Source: Eledone cirrhosa
Lineage: Eukaryota
Direction of reading: 5' to 3'
Assembly: GCA_964016885.1 (NCBI GenBank)
Contig: OZ024743.1
Span: 288,052,001 to 288,116,000 of the forward strand
DNA length: 64,000 nucleotides
The notes beneath the pieces were generated by a model, which saw only the letters and a program-made list of their open reading frames with translations, was not told where the DNA came from and did no database searches. Below are positions 52,961 through 64,000 of this stretch, piece after piece. Position 1 is the first letter of the stretch; each line of letters begins with the position of its first letter. A program made the translations under genes and the position numbers.

Positions 52961-53189
52961 TTTTTTCAATGAAATTTTTTGATAATAATAAAAGTTTAAA
53001 TTTTGGGCACAAGGCCCCAATCTTTTTGGGTGTCCTTTTCGGAAAACAATGTATGTGCGCTTATATATGGTTAACAATAAAAATTTTCCATAAATGGCAA
53101 TTTTTAACAAACGGAAATAACAAACCTTTGCGGAGCTCACGATGATACGATTTACTACGTAGGTCGCCAATAATAATAATAATAATAAT

Positions 53190-53994
53190 TAATCCCTTCA
53201 TAGTACCTTCTTTGCGAAAATTGAATTCAGAGATCCACAGACATGGAACTGGTTGAAAAGAGGAGACCTTAAAAAGGCTACAGAAGGAATGCTAATGGCT
53301 GCGCCAGAGCAGGCCCTCAAAACGAAGTGGCTGAAACACCATATTTACAAGGAGGAGGCTAGCCCACTGTGCAGGATCTGTGTGGCTCACATTGTATCCG
53401 AGTGTAAACACCTCACCCAGACTCACTATAAAGGCTGGAGACATGATGGGCAGGGTGATCCACTGGCACCTATGCAAAGTAAACAATTTACCACATTCTG
53501 AGAAGTGGTATGAGCATAAGCCAGAGTCGGTGATAGAAAACGATCAGGTGAAGGTGCTGTGGGATTTTAGGATACAGGCGGACGAGAAACTGGAACACAA
53601 TAGACCTGACCTGGTGGTTGTGGACAAAGAAAAAAGATCGTGCCTGATTGTGGATGTGGCCTGCACATTCGACACGAGAGTGCAAGAGAAGGAGAGGGAG
53701 AAAATTAACCGATACCAGGACTTAAAGTGGGAGGTGAAAAGGATTTGGAACTGCCATGAAGTCAAAGTGATCCCGATTGTCATAGGCGCACTGGGGACTA
53801 TCTCCAAAAGTTTCCAGGGATGGTTAAAGAAAATCGGCCCCTTCACGCTTTTTGGAACGCTTCAAAAGGCATGCTCGCTGGGACCAGCAAGAACCCTCCT
53901 ATACGTCCTGAATATCTGAGGCTGCAGGAATTGGCTTGATATTCATTTCAACAAACTTTCCAGTTAACTAACATCAATGACTGAGACTCAAAGA
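53190..53994 (+). mobile_element. Short 3' copy of R4/Dong family B
   Basis: Matches 46414-47240 with small deletions; (TAA)n flanks. Confidence 0.92.
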
Positions 53995-53996
53995 AC

Positions 53997-54065
<69 letters not shown>

Positions 54066-54256
54066 TACTAATGGGAACTGCCCATATACTAAGGTAGATT
54101 CTGTCAATATAAGTACATCACAAGTCTTAACACTAAAGATGCATGTATGAATGTGTATTTTCTTTCTTGAACATGGCGGACCTTGTTGTCTCTTGAGGTC
54201 ACTGGTTGTGACTTGGTGATAACTCGTATGAACATAAAGCAAGATAAATGCAACTG
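54066..54256 (+). mobile_element. About 190-bp 3' end of R4/Dong family A
   Basis: Matches 44254-44440; (TAA)n flanks. Confidence 0.9.
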
Positions 54257-54280
54257 TAATAATAATAATAATAATAATAA

Positions 54281-56079
54281 TTTCAGGGTGACTCTTTATA
54301 ACCGCTTTTATTCTGCATCGCACTTATACCATTAAGTAAAATGGTCAATGAAACAAAACATGGATATAGAGTCTATGACAAAACCATTAATCACTTGTTC
54401 TACATGGATGACCCGAAACTATTTGCAAAAAATGTTGAACAATTGCAAGGGCTATTATCCACTGTGGAGCAGTTCAGTGATGACATTAAAATGGAGTTTG
54501 GACTAGATAAATGCGCCAAAGCAACGGTCACCAGAGGAAAGCTGCTGAAGAGTTCAGACATTAATTTTGATCGGGGGAACGTGATAAGAGAACTTGATCA
54601 AGAAAAAACTTACAAATATCTAGGTGTTTGTGAAGGAGACGGAATCAAGCACTCGACAATGAGGGAAAGGATAAGGAAGGAATGTTACCGCAGAGTAAGA
54701 GCAATCTTAAGAACGGAATTGAATGCAAGGAATAGGATCGATGCCATAAACACGCTTGCCAGACCAGTAGTAACCTACAGTTACAATATCATCAACTGGT
54801 CAAGCACAGAGATCCGTAGGCTCGATACAAAATTTCGAAAATTCTTAACCATGCACAGAATGCATCACCCTAAGGCAGATATAGATAGAATATATCTCCC
54901 TAGGAAATAAGGAGGACGTGGGTTAGTCCAGTTAGACATTGCGTTGAAAACTGCGACAATTGGATTATCTACATATGATTGGATGATCAAACTCGTTTTG
55001 AAACACGAAAGCATCAAAAGATCATATTCCATTACAAAAGATGCACAAAGATACAGTAATGGACTACAAATTTCAGAAGTCCCATTTACTGCTGAAATGG
55101 AAAACACAGAAAAAGCAAAGCAGGTAAAAGTAACTACAAAGAAAGAACTGCTACAGAAACTGGCTAAGAAATGGCAAGAAAAGCCTCTGTATGGAAAATA
55201 CCCAGAACGAGCTAACAATCCCGATGTTGACAAAACTTTAACCCATCAGTGGTTGGCATCCTCTGGACTGAAATCGGAGATTGAAGGACTGATTATATCA
55301 GCACAAGATCAGTGTCTGCCAACAAAAAATTACCAAGCCAACATAATAAAAAATGGATGCAGCCCATTATGCCGTGTATGCAACAAACAACCAGAGACCA
55401 TTGACCATATAATTTCAATGTGCAGTCCTATAGCTCCAACCGAATACCTAAACAGGCATGACAGAGCTGCACAATACATACATTGGATAATGTGTAAGCA
55501 TTTTGACCTGCCCCATCAAAAGAATTGGTGGGAGCATCAACCACCTCCCATACTTGAAAAAGATCACATCTCAATCATGTAGAACTTTAGCATCCAAACA
55601 GACCGAAAAATAGATGCAAATAGACCTGATATAATATTGAAGGACTTTAAAAAGAGGGTATGCCTGCTAATTGATATGTCCGTTCCAATAGACAAGAATG
55701 TATCTATAAAAACATTTGAAAAATTGAGCAAGTATAAGGACCTGGAGATAGAAATTGGAAAAATGTGGAAATTGAGAACTAAAACAATACCAGTGGTTGT
55801 AGGCGCTCTGGGAATGATACCTAAGGGGTCTAATGATTACTTATCGCAAATCCCAGGAAACCCGCGTATAGGAGAAATACAAAAGATAGTACTAATGGGA
55901 ACTGCCCATATACTAAGGAAGATTCTGTCAATATAAGTACATCACAAGTCTAAACACTAAAGATGCATGTGTGAGTATGTATGTTCTTTCTTGAACATGG
56001 CGGACCTTGTTGTCTCTTGAGGTCACTGGTTGTGACTTGGTGATAACTCGTATGAACATAAAGCAAGATAAATGCAACT

Positions 56080-56080
<1 letters not shown>
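54281..56080 (+). mobile_element. 5'-truncated R4/Dong family A copy with stops
   Basis: Colinear with 42628-44440; stops at 54910 and 55582; (TAA)n tail 56081-56121. Confidence 0.92.
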
Positions 56081-56121
<41 letters not shown>

Positions 56122-56244
56122 TTTATACTTATATATGAGTTATGAATAATTATAAATATGAAAGGGTAGTATTAAGCACTACCCAATTACCAGTAAGAGA
56201 AACAGCTCAATGTAAATTATCAGATGTATTACAGAGCCGAGATA

Positions 56245-56790
56245 CAACATATAAAACAATCAAATTTTAGCTTAATACATTTAATTGCTGACGATCGTTT
56301 CTTCCAGACAACTGTTTGGAATCATCGGAGCATACACAACGCTTAAACAAGTAATTATGATCCTAGTCTTCGGAACATTCATAAAGATACAATTAATATT
56401 TTGCATCATATACCCTTGTTATTACATTTTTCAATGCTATGATATCTTTTATCTATCTTCTGTAACACCTTTTTGCTTGGTATCTTTTTGCACCTGAATA
56501 ACCTTCTATATAATATGCTCAATATTCACTCTTCACAACAGCTCCTAATACTTTGATATCTGTATAACATAATATCATTTTGTTACTCTTGCTTTTCAAT
56601 ATGATGTCACTAACACTGTCAATAGTAATGTATCTTTAGGAATGTTCCGAAGAGTAGGTTTATAATTATTTGTTTAAACATTGTGTATGCTCCGAAGGAT
56701 ACAGACAGTTATCTGGAAGAAACGATCGTCAGCAATTAAACGTCACCAATTAAACGTATTAAGCTAAAATTTGATTGTTTTATATTTTGT
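56245..56790. repeat. Long imperfect inverted repeat
   Basis: 56245-56360 and 56660-56790 are reverse complements (AATTGCTGACGATCGTTTCTTCCAGA). Confidence 0.7.
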
Positions 56791-56889
56791 ATATATATAT
56801 ATATATATTTCACCTAGAAGATATATATATTTCACCTAGAAAATTCCTCTATGAGATACAAGTCCAAGCAACGTTGTTTGTAGAAGAGC

Positions 56890-57130
56890 AGTCACCCATG
56901 CATACTAGTCTCTCCTCTCCACGCTACCAATGTTGTCCAAAGGAAAGGCAAAATCCGATGCTGATTGGTACCGGTGACGTCGCAAGTCATTTCTACAGCT
57001 GAGTGAACGGAAACAATGTGACAGAAAGTGTCGTGCTCAAGGGCACAACACATTGTCCGATTTAGGAATCGAATACACAATCTGATGATTATAATTCCAA
57101 TTCTCAAACTATTAGGACATGCACCTTCAG
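56890..57130 (-). mobile_element. CORE-type SINE
   Basis: AAGTGTC.TGCTCAAGGGCACAAC and GGAATCGAA (B-box reverse complement); the tail resembles the reverse complement of 59920-59965. Confidence 0.65.
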
Positions 57131-57152
57131 CCATACTTTGATACATATCATG

Positions 57153-57532
57153 AAGCTTTAATAATAATTGTTTCTACTATTGGCACAAGGCCAGCAAATT
57201 ACCCAGTACATTACTGGTACTTTATTTTATCGACCCCGTAAGGATGAAAGGCAAATTAAACTCGGCGCGATTTGAACTCAGAATGGCAAGGGCCGTAACT
57301 CTATGCGTCAAAGTTTTAATAATAATGATTTCTATTATAGGCACAAGGCCAGCAATTATCCCAGTGTATTACTGGTACTTTATTTTATCGACCCCGTAAG
57401 GATGAAAGGCAAAGTTAACCTCGGCGGGATTTGAACTCAGACCATAAAGAGCCGTAACTCTTTGCTGCAAAGCATGGCGTCAGATCCCCTACGGATACTG
57501 CCAATCCACCGCCATAAAGCTTTAATAATAAT
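57153..57532 (-). mobile_element. Two tandem Meta-type SINEs with a triplicated 16-bp target site
   Basis: AAGCTTTAATAATAAT at 57153, 57311 (1 mismatch) and 57517 brackets both copies. Confidence 0.8.
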
Positions 57533-57539
57533 AGTGCTG

Positions 57540-58070
57540 AAAGTATATTTGAGTACTGGTATTAATTGCTCCTCATCAAAGGTCCATAGATCCATAGTTC
57601 AATGGTCTCCTTTCTTGTTTGTTTCTTTTACCTCAATGACATCATGTATGAAGCTAATTTCCACAATAGAGCATGTTTATATTTTGTGATCCTAAACAAC
57701 ACTATCAGGTCGTTTGATATATCTATTCATAGGTTCCAACAGCATTCCTTTGATCGATCTATCTAAATATGTTCATCTTTATTTGTTGATGTTTATTTAA
57801 TTCTCACTCTATTCCAGATTGCTGTTAATATCATACAAGGCTTTATAGGATAGTAGTATCTAGATAGTAGTTGGCGATGATGTAGCCTAATGTCTTTAAT
57901 TTGTAGAAAACATCAGCTGGATGTTTTCTATCTTTTGTATAAAATGTATTTGGTAGCGAGTGATAGCTCTTTGGATTGCATTAATGCATCACCCGATGTG
58001 AAATGTTATAAACTTGTCGGTGCTACGTGCCAAGCATTTAGTGTGGTTTGTTCTCCCTCTGGCTACAGCT
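57540..58070 (-). pseudogene. Highly degenerate RLE-type non-LTR fragment
   Basis: Minus-strand remnants KRPD, TCSIVEIS and AIQ...ATKYIL. Confidence 0.4.
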
Positions 58071-58800
58071 TGTCCTATGAAAGAAAAGTTTTGAAACGAT
58101 GGAATATTCAACAAGAAGTTACAAAGGCAGGTTAGCACAACCACTCACACATTAAATATTAAAACTGATTATAGTTATGAATCTTAACCGCTATGATCGT
58201 TTAGATAAATGCAGAAAAAATATAGGAAAGTCTTACTCGTGACATTTAAGCTGTCGCTTTCGATGTCACTGAAGCCAAATGGTTTGCTATTTCAAGTTAA
58301 ATGCAATCTTTTCTTTTCGAAGGTGAAGTATTTATATTGCTAATTTTATATATAAGTACTGTATATTTGATTAATATCAACAACTCCTGCATTGTAGATG
58401 GTTTTTGCCTGCTATTTCTAAGCCTGTCGCATTTTCCTTATATATAGAGAGAGATTTGTTCATTTAGTAGTTCAACAAAGCAACGTATTGGACAGCATGC
58501 GGTTTCGTAAACGAAATGCTCTGTGCACTTTATGATCAATATATCTGGTTCCAAAGAATCCTTGCCGAACGAAAAAACAAGTTTTTCTAATATTGGTTAT
58601 TCCAATTATTTGAAATGACTGGTATTGTTTCTTTTATTTTTGAAACCATGGTAGGAAGAATATTATATGATTGAGATTTTGGTATAAGTTTGATATGTAA
58701 TATTATTTCTATAACTGATACTTTATCTGTATATTTTATCCATTCATTGAAATGTCTAAGTATTAGAAAAAAAATCACTTTTTAATTAATATATATATAT

Positions 58801-58842
<42 letters not shown>

Positions 58843-58918
58843 ATGTGCTTGATTCATAATAATAAATAATGCATACACACACACAGACATATATATATCC
58901 ATTTATTATCATCATTAT

Positions 58919-59019
58919 ATCCCGCCGAGGTTAACTTTGCCTTTCATCCTTACGGGGTCGATAAAATAAAGTACCAGTAATACACTGGGTATTTGCTGGC
59001 CTTGTGCCAAAAGTAGAAA

Positions 59020-59025
<6 letters not shown>
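58919..59025 (+). mobile_element. 5'-truncated Meta-type SINE
   Basis: CCCGCCGAGGTTAACTTTGCCTTTCATCCTTACGGGGTCGATAAAATAAAGTACC...CCTTGTGCCAAAAGTAGAAATAATTAT. Confidence 0.8.
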
Positions 59026-59082
<57 letters not shown>

Positions 59083-59154
59083 GTAGAACACTGGAAGGTA
59101 ATATCCTATCCGTAGTGGTAGAGCACTCAGACCATGGGACGAGTTAGGTAGAAG

Positions 59155-59520
59155 TGGTTACACAATAGTTAGTTGACCATACCGAGAGCAATTGTTTCAC
59201 GTTAGCGGATACTCAGCTCGTAATACGAGCTGAGGAGCCGCTAAGGTGAAACAATTGTTCGTGGTATGGTGAACTAACTGTTGTGTAACCACTTGTGTAA
59301 CTACTTAGGGTAGTAGAGTGGGTAATAGGAACGAGTAGGACTCCGACGTCTGAGCTCAAGCCGTTTCGACGGCTAATTCTGGACGTCCAGAATTAGCCGT
59401 CGAAACAGCTTGAGCTCAGACGTCGGGGTCCTACTCGTTCCTATTACCCACTCTACTACCCTAAGTATTGAGTACTTTGGTGCGTTATGGTCCACCTGGT
59501 TCCTTACCACATTTCCTTCG

Positions 59521-59523
<3 letters not shown>
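59155..59523. mobile_element. Two adjacent palindromic PLE-type remnants (59155-59292 and 59303-59466)
   Basis: Directly visible inverted arms; the second is near-perfect over about 80 bp per arm. Confidence 0.75.
59226..59262 (+). ncRNA. Minimal hammerhead-like motif
   Basis: CGAG-CTGAGGA-GCC-GCTAA-GGT-GAA-ACAATTGT-T...; palindromic stem III ACAATTGT; the mirror arm supplies the CTCG stem I'. Confidence 0.6.
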
Positions 59524-59592
<69 letters not shown>

Positions 59593-59640
59593 GTTATGGA
59601 ATACTGTTAGTTTCTCGCTACAACAATTTCTATACTTTTC

Positions 59641-59746
<106 letters not shown>

Positions 59747-59754
59747 GTGTGTGT

Positions 59755-60035
59755 GAAGGCGCATGGGTTAGCGGTTAGGGCGTTGGGCTTGCAATTGAGA
59801 GGTTATGAGTTCGATCCTTTCACCGGGTAATGCGTTGTGTCCTTGAATAAGACACTTTTTCATATTACGCCAGTTCATTCAGATGATGCAAAGCTATATC
59901 GGCCATTGCCTTTCTGTTGGCCAACATGGAGGAGAGGAGATAATGGTATGCATGGGTGACTGCATATCTTGCTCAAGCTTGTGCCTCGGATGGAAACGTT
60001 CTAGGTGAAAATCCCATGGTCATTATTAACCTATT
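59755..60035 (+). mobile_element. CORE-type SINE
   Basis: GTTAGCGG A-box-like, GAGTTCGATCC B-box, GCGTTGTGTCCTTGAATAAGACACTT core. Confidence 0.75.
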
Positions 60036-60310
60036 AACAAAGAAAGTGTGGTAAGAAACCAGGTGGACCATAACGCATATATAAATATCTTTATATATAT
60101 ATATATACTTATAGATGGCAGTATTTTTCTGTGTATTTAAATATATAGCATAATACATGTCTGGTGTGTCTCCTTCAAAGCATAATCGAGCATAGTTGTA
60201 CAAAATAGTTTGTAAATGTTTGAAAGATAGCGTTTTACGTATGCATGATATAATTATAATTATATATTGTAAATATATATATGTGTGACACACACGTGCA
60301 CACACACGTG

Positions 60311-60376
<66 letters not shown>

Positions 60377-60383
<7 letters not shown>

Positions 60384-60475
60384 AGTAATATGTATTGACA
60401 TTCATTCTTGAACGTGTATATATTTATATATATATACACGTTTAAGAATGAATGTCAATACATATTACTACAACA
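60377..60475. repeat. Near-perfect palindrome with a TA-repeat centre
   Basis: TGTTGTAGTAATATGTATTGACATTCATTCTT.AACGTG / CACGTT.AAGAATGAATGTCAATACATATTACTACAACA. Confidence 0.85.
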
Positions 60476-61114
60476 GGCACACACACACACGCTGTAATAG
60501 TTTAGAGACATAGGTGAGAGAATTATAGAAATATTTACAAAATTCGATGTGTATCATTTATGTTTCTGGCACCATTACAAATTTGCTTTTTGTCAAAACT
60601 GGTTATTCTCCTACATAATTAGATAGAAATTTCGACAGCATTTTTGGTGGTGGCAGCGATTACGGTGGCAACGTCGAAGCATTTTCTGTAGAAGATCATA
60701 ATATTATCAGCTACATCAAACTATTTATAAAATAATAATAAAAGATGGCGGCATATATAAGTGTAACTATAAGTAAATAGAATGTGAATGAAGTATTATA
60801 GAGGTACAAGTCTCGAAAAGATCATTGACGAATGAATAAATGTCTGATTTATATCGTTGTTACAAATTTGATATTTCTAGAATGGAACACTCATTCTTAA
60901 CTAACTTAAGGATTTGACTCCGTACCTTATTACACATTCAATCATACATATATAAATCAATTCATATATATATATATATATATATATGCGCGCACACACG
61001 CACACATGTAGATATATATACACATGCATGTCTCTCTCTATATATATATTATATATACATACACACACACAGACGCACACGCGCGCACATATATTTATAT
61101 ATATACATACACAC

Positions 61115-61282
<168 letters not shown>

Positions 61283-61493
61283 ATACATATATACATATAT
61301 ATATATATATATGTATATGTATATATATATACATATATACATATATATATAAATATATATATACACACACACACATATATATATATGTGCGTGTGTGTGT
61401 ATGTATATATATATATGTATATGTATGTATATATATATGTGTGTATGTATATATATATACACACATACACACACATATATATATATGTATATA

Positions 61494-61633
<140 letters not shown>

Positions 61634-61907
61634 TAAAAATAAATATATATATATATATATAAAAATAAATATATATACATATATATGTATCTATATTATG
61701 CATTTTATAGAAAGAAATATGTGTGCGCGAAAGATTAAGGAAATCTTGTTATAAAAGTAAGCGAATTGAATTCGAACTGCCTGAATAATGAATCCGATTG
61801 TTGAAGACAATATAAAATGCACGCATGATTTATAGAAAGATAGATGATAAAGATAACAACAACAGCAACAATATGAATGTTAATTGTAGTAGCAGTAATA
61901 ATAATAA

Positions 61908-62001
61908 TGAGAAGAAGAAGAAGAAGAAGAAGAAGAAGAAGAAGAAGAAGAAGAAGAAGAAGAAGAAGAAGAAGAAGAAGAAGAAGAAGAAGAAGAAGAA
62001 A
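61908..62001. repeat. (AAG)n microsatellite
   Basis: Directly visible. Confidence 0.97.
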
Positions 62002-62862
62002 ATAATAATAATATTCATATCGATGATTACAAGAGAAGCAAGCAACACGTGATCATTAAGTAGCTCACCAAAGACACGATGGCGTTTTTAGAATATGGAA
62101 AAACATGAGTAAGAAAGATTAGAAAAAAAATAATAATAACAATAACAAAATATTATAATAAAATATAACAGCAGATGTTGGAGATTGCTTTAAAATCTAA
62201 TTCAACGGAAATATAATCTTTTCGTTATTTCTTTCATTAGAATTTGTAAAAATCTTTGATTCTCTGCTAAAGAACAGGCGTGTGTGTTTTTTTTTTTTTG
62301 TCTTTTGATCTACTTTTTGTTCGTTAGGTTTTCTTTAATTTTACACCTTGACTGTATTTCACATATAAATGATAATTTTATAAATGCAAATTTAATTAAT
62401 ATTTGATCAACTTTGTGTTCGAATCGTGTACGCAGGCATAGCTGAGTAATTGTGTGATGTCTTTGACAACTGACTTTACTATTGACTCAAGTTGACCCAA
62501 GTTTTGTGAGTGGAATTAGGTTGACGGCAACTGTGTGGAAGTCCGTTGGATTGATTTAAAAGTGTAATGTAAAGACTCAGCCGTATCATATATTGTGTTA
62601 CAATGATTCGGGCTTTGAGTTATGCTAATGCTAAATGCATCTGTGGAATATTCAACCACATACACGTTAATCTACGAGTACGACATAAGTTAATTGAACT
62701 GTTCAATGCTCATCGTCGAAACCGATGATGGAGGACAGATTTTTTTCTGACAGTAGAATGATGAGATGAGGTAAGGCACTTAAATTAGCGAACACAGGTT
62801 GGATTCCTTGTTGAGTCACCTTAATTCATTTAACCTCAGTTAATTGCAAAATATGAGATGTG

Positions 62863-63049
62863 TTATTTGCAGGGTGTTATATACAGGGTGTTCCTTAAAA
62901 GGTTTCTCGACGAATCCATTGCTGTGGAAATATTTGGCTTTATTAGGTCCCCAAGCCACCTCACTGTACCGATCGCGATTGATTCACTTTTTAGCGTATC
63001 TCCCTCGTCATTCTCTGGGATAACGTATTTAACATTCTGTTCGCTGGGT
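62863..63049 (-). CDS. Candidate host exon (possibly a terminal coding exon)
   Basis: T-rich tract ending TTGATTCACAG| is a strong acceptor, followed by a 61-codon non-repetitive frame PSEQNVKYVIPENDEGDTL...TPCK*. No family recognised. Confidence 0.4.
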
Positions 63050-63299
63050 CTGTGAATCAACAACAATAAAATAAAAACCATTATAAAAAAATCTAACGCA
63101 TTTGATGAAATAGATTTTTGAAGAAACACATTTTCAAACAAGAAGTATTCTTTATTTAATTTCTGGTTATGAATTATGAATATATACATTACTTTCTTCA
63201 AACATATGCTGCTATTGCTGGCAACCACTGACTCTCTCTCTCTCTCTCCCACACACACATATATATATAATGAAAAGAGGATGCACAGAAACTATCATA

Positions 63300-64000
63300 T
63301 ACTCTTCCTTCAGGTGAAAACCTTATGGCATCCAACAACACAAGAGACCTGGAAATAATTGTTGATAATAACTTTAGCTGGGCGATTCATATAAACAGCA
63401 AAGTTTACATGGCCCACAGGATGTGTTATTGGATTCTCAGAACTTTCCAGTCGGGAGATATCCACACCATTATCCTTCTCTTCTCTACAATCGCCCGGCC
63501 CTACGTTGAATAATGTTGTCCACTGTGGTCTTCTCATACGAAACAAAGTATTATGAAAACTGAAGCACTTCAAAGGTCAATCACAAAGGACTAGACGTTA
63601 TAACAGGAATTGACTGTTGGGGTCGACAAGAAACGCCCAATCTCTACTCTCTTCAACGCCACCGCGAGGGTTACATTATCTGCATGATGTGGAAAATATT
63701 CCATCAATATTGCCCAAATGATGTTGGTATCATCTTTAAATATACCTAAGGCTTGGGCCCCGTGCTGTCCGCCTAGAACAAAAGTCAAACTTGAATCTCA
63801 GAACAACATAATGGCATAATTATTTCACTTAAACTGGTCCCGCTCTCTCTAACATTACGCCAAAACACAGAAAAACAGAAGCAGATCCCATAATATTCAA
63901 AATGTCTCCAAGAAATTCCGAATAACCCCCCTACATCCGGATATGTCTCCGAAAACAATAACTCTTTACTTTAGTGGGCCATGGTGTCCGAATCATGATT
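63300..64000 (+). pseudogene. Degenerate CR1-like LINE 3' (RT C-terminal) fragment
   Basis: RDLEIIVDNNFSWAIHIN...ILRTF...ARPYVE*CCPLWS resembles the CR1/L2-group RPxLEYxxxxW motif; LYSLQR follows. Confidence 0.7.

Larger units (their letters stand above)
47300..53168 (-). mobile_element. Full-length Tx1-like element, copy B (disrupted), flanked by (AAT)n
   Basis: ORF2 and 3'UTR closely match copy A; distinct ORF1/5'UTR; (AAT)n at 47241-47299 and 53169-53189. Confidence 0.9.

Noticed and set aside
56283-56360. CTGACGA as a hammerhead core (also 8336, 10090 and 15123)
   Set aside because: No properly placed GAAA or closing stems; 8336 lies in a mariner-like TIR.
60740-60780. AAGATGGCGGC start/YY1-like motif with a short frame MAAYISVTI
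   Set aside because: Only a weak donor and no supporting downstream exon; insufficient evidence.
61825-62052. Poly-Lys/poly-Phe ORFs
   Set aside because: (AAG)n microsatellite.

Overview
AT-rich, microsatellite-saturated animal genomic DNA. The (TA)n/(CA)n load plus Meta-type and CORE-type tRNA SINEs suggest a cephalopod such as octopus, which is inference only. No complete host gene is visible: there are two candidate minus-strand exons, and almost all short ORFs in the track are microsatellite artefacts. The window is dominated by retroelements that appear to partition simple repeats. (1) At 36395-56121, seven non-LTR insertions sit side by side, each separated by a (TAA)n tract: two full-length Tx1-like APE-RT elements on the minus strand (one with both ORFs intact) and five 5'-truncated R4/Dong-like RT-RLE copies from two families on the plus strand. 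(2) A Meta-type SINE appears to share its 3' tail and (TAA)n target with that Tx1 family. (3) Two Penelope-like elements (Neptune-like and Naiad-like) and many pLTR remnants and fold-back palindromes lie in (TA)n tracts and carry about seven distinct hammerhead ribozyme motifs, including a CAGAAGA core variant repeated across copies. The two Tx1 copies share ORF2 but have divergent ORF1/5'UTRs, and both have a GTAAGT splice donor overlapping the ORF1 stop codon that could fuse ORF1 in frame to ORF2. All coordinates were read by eye and all similarity statements are visual estimates.
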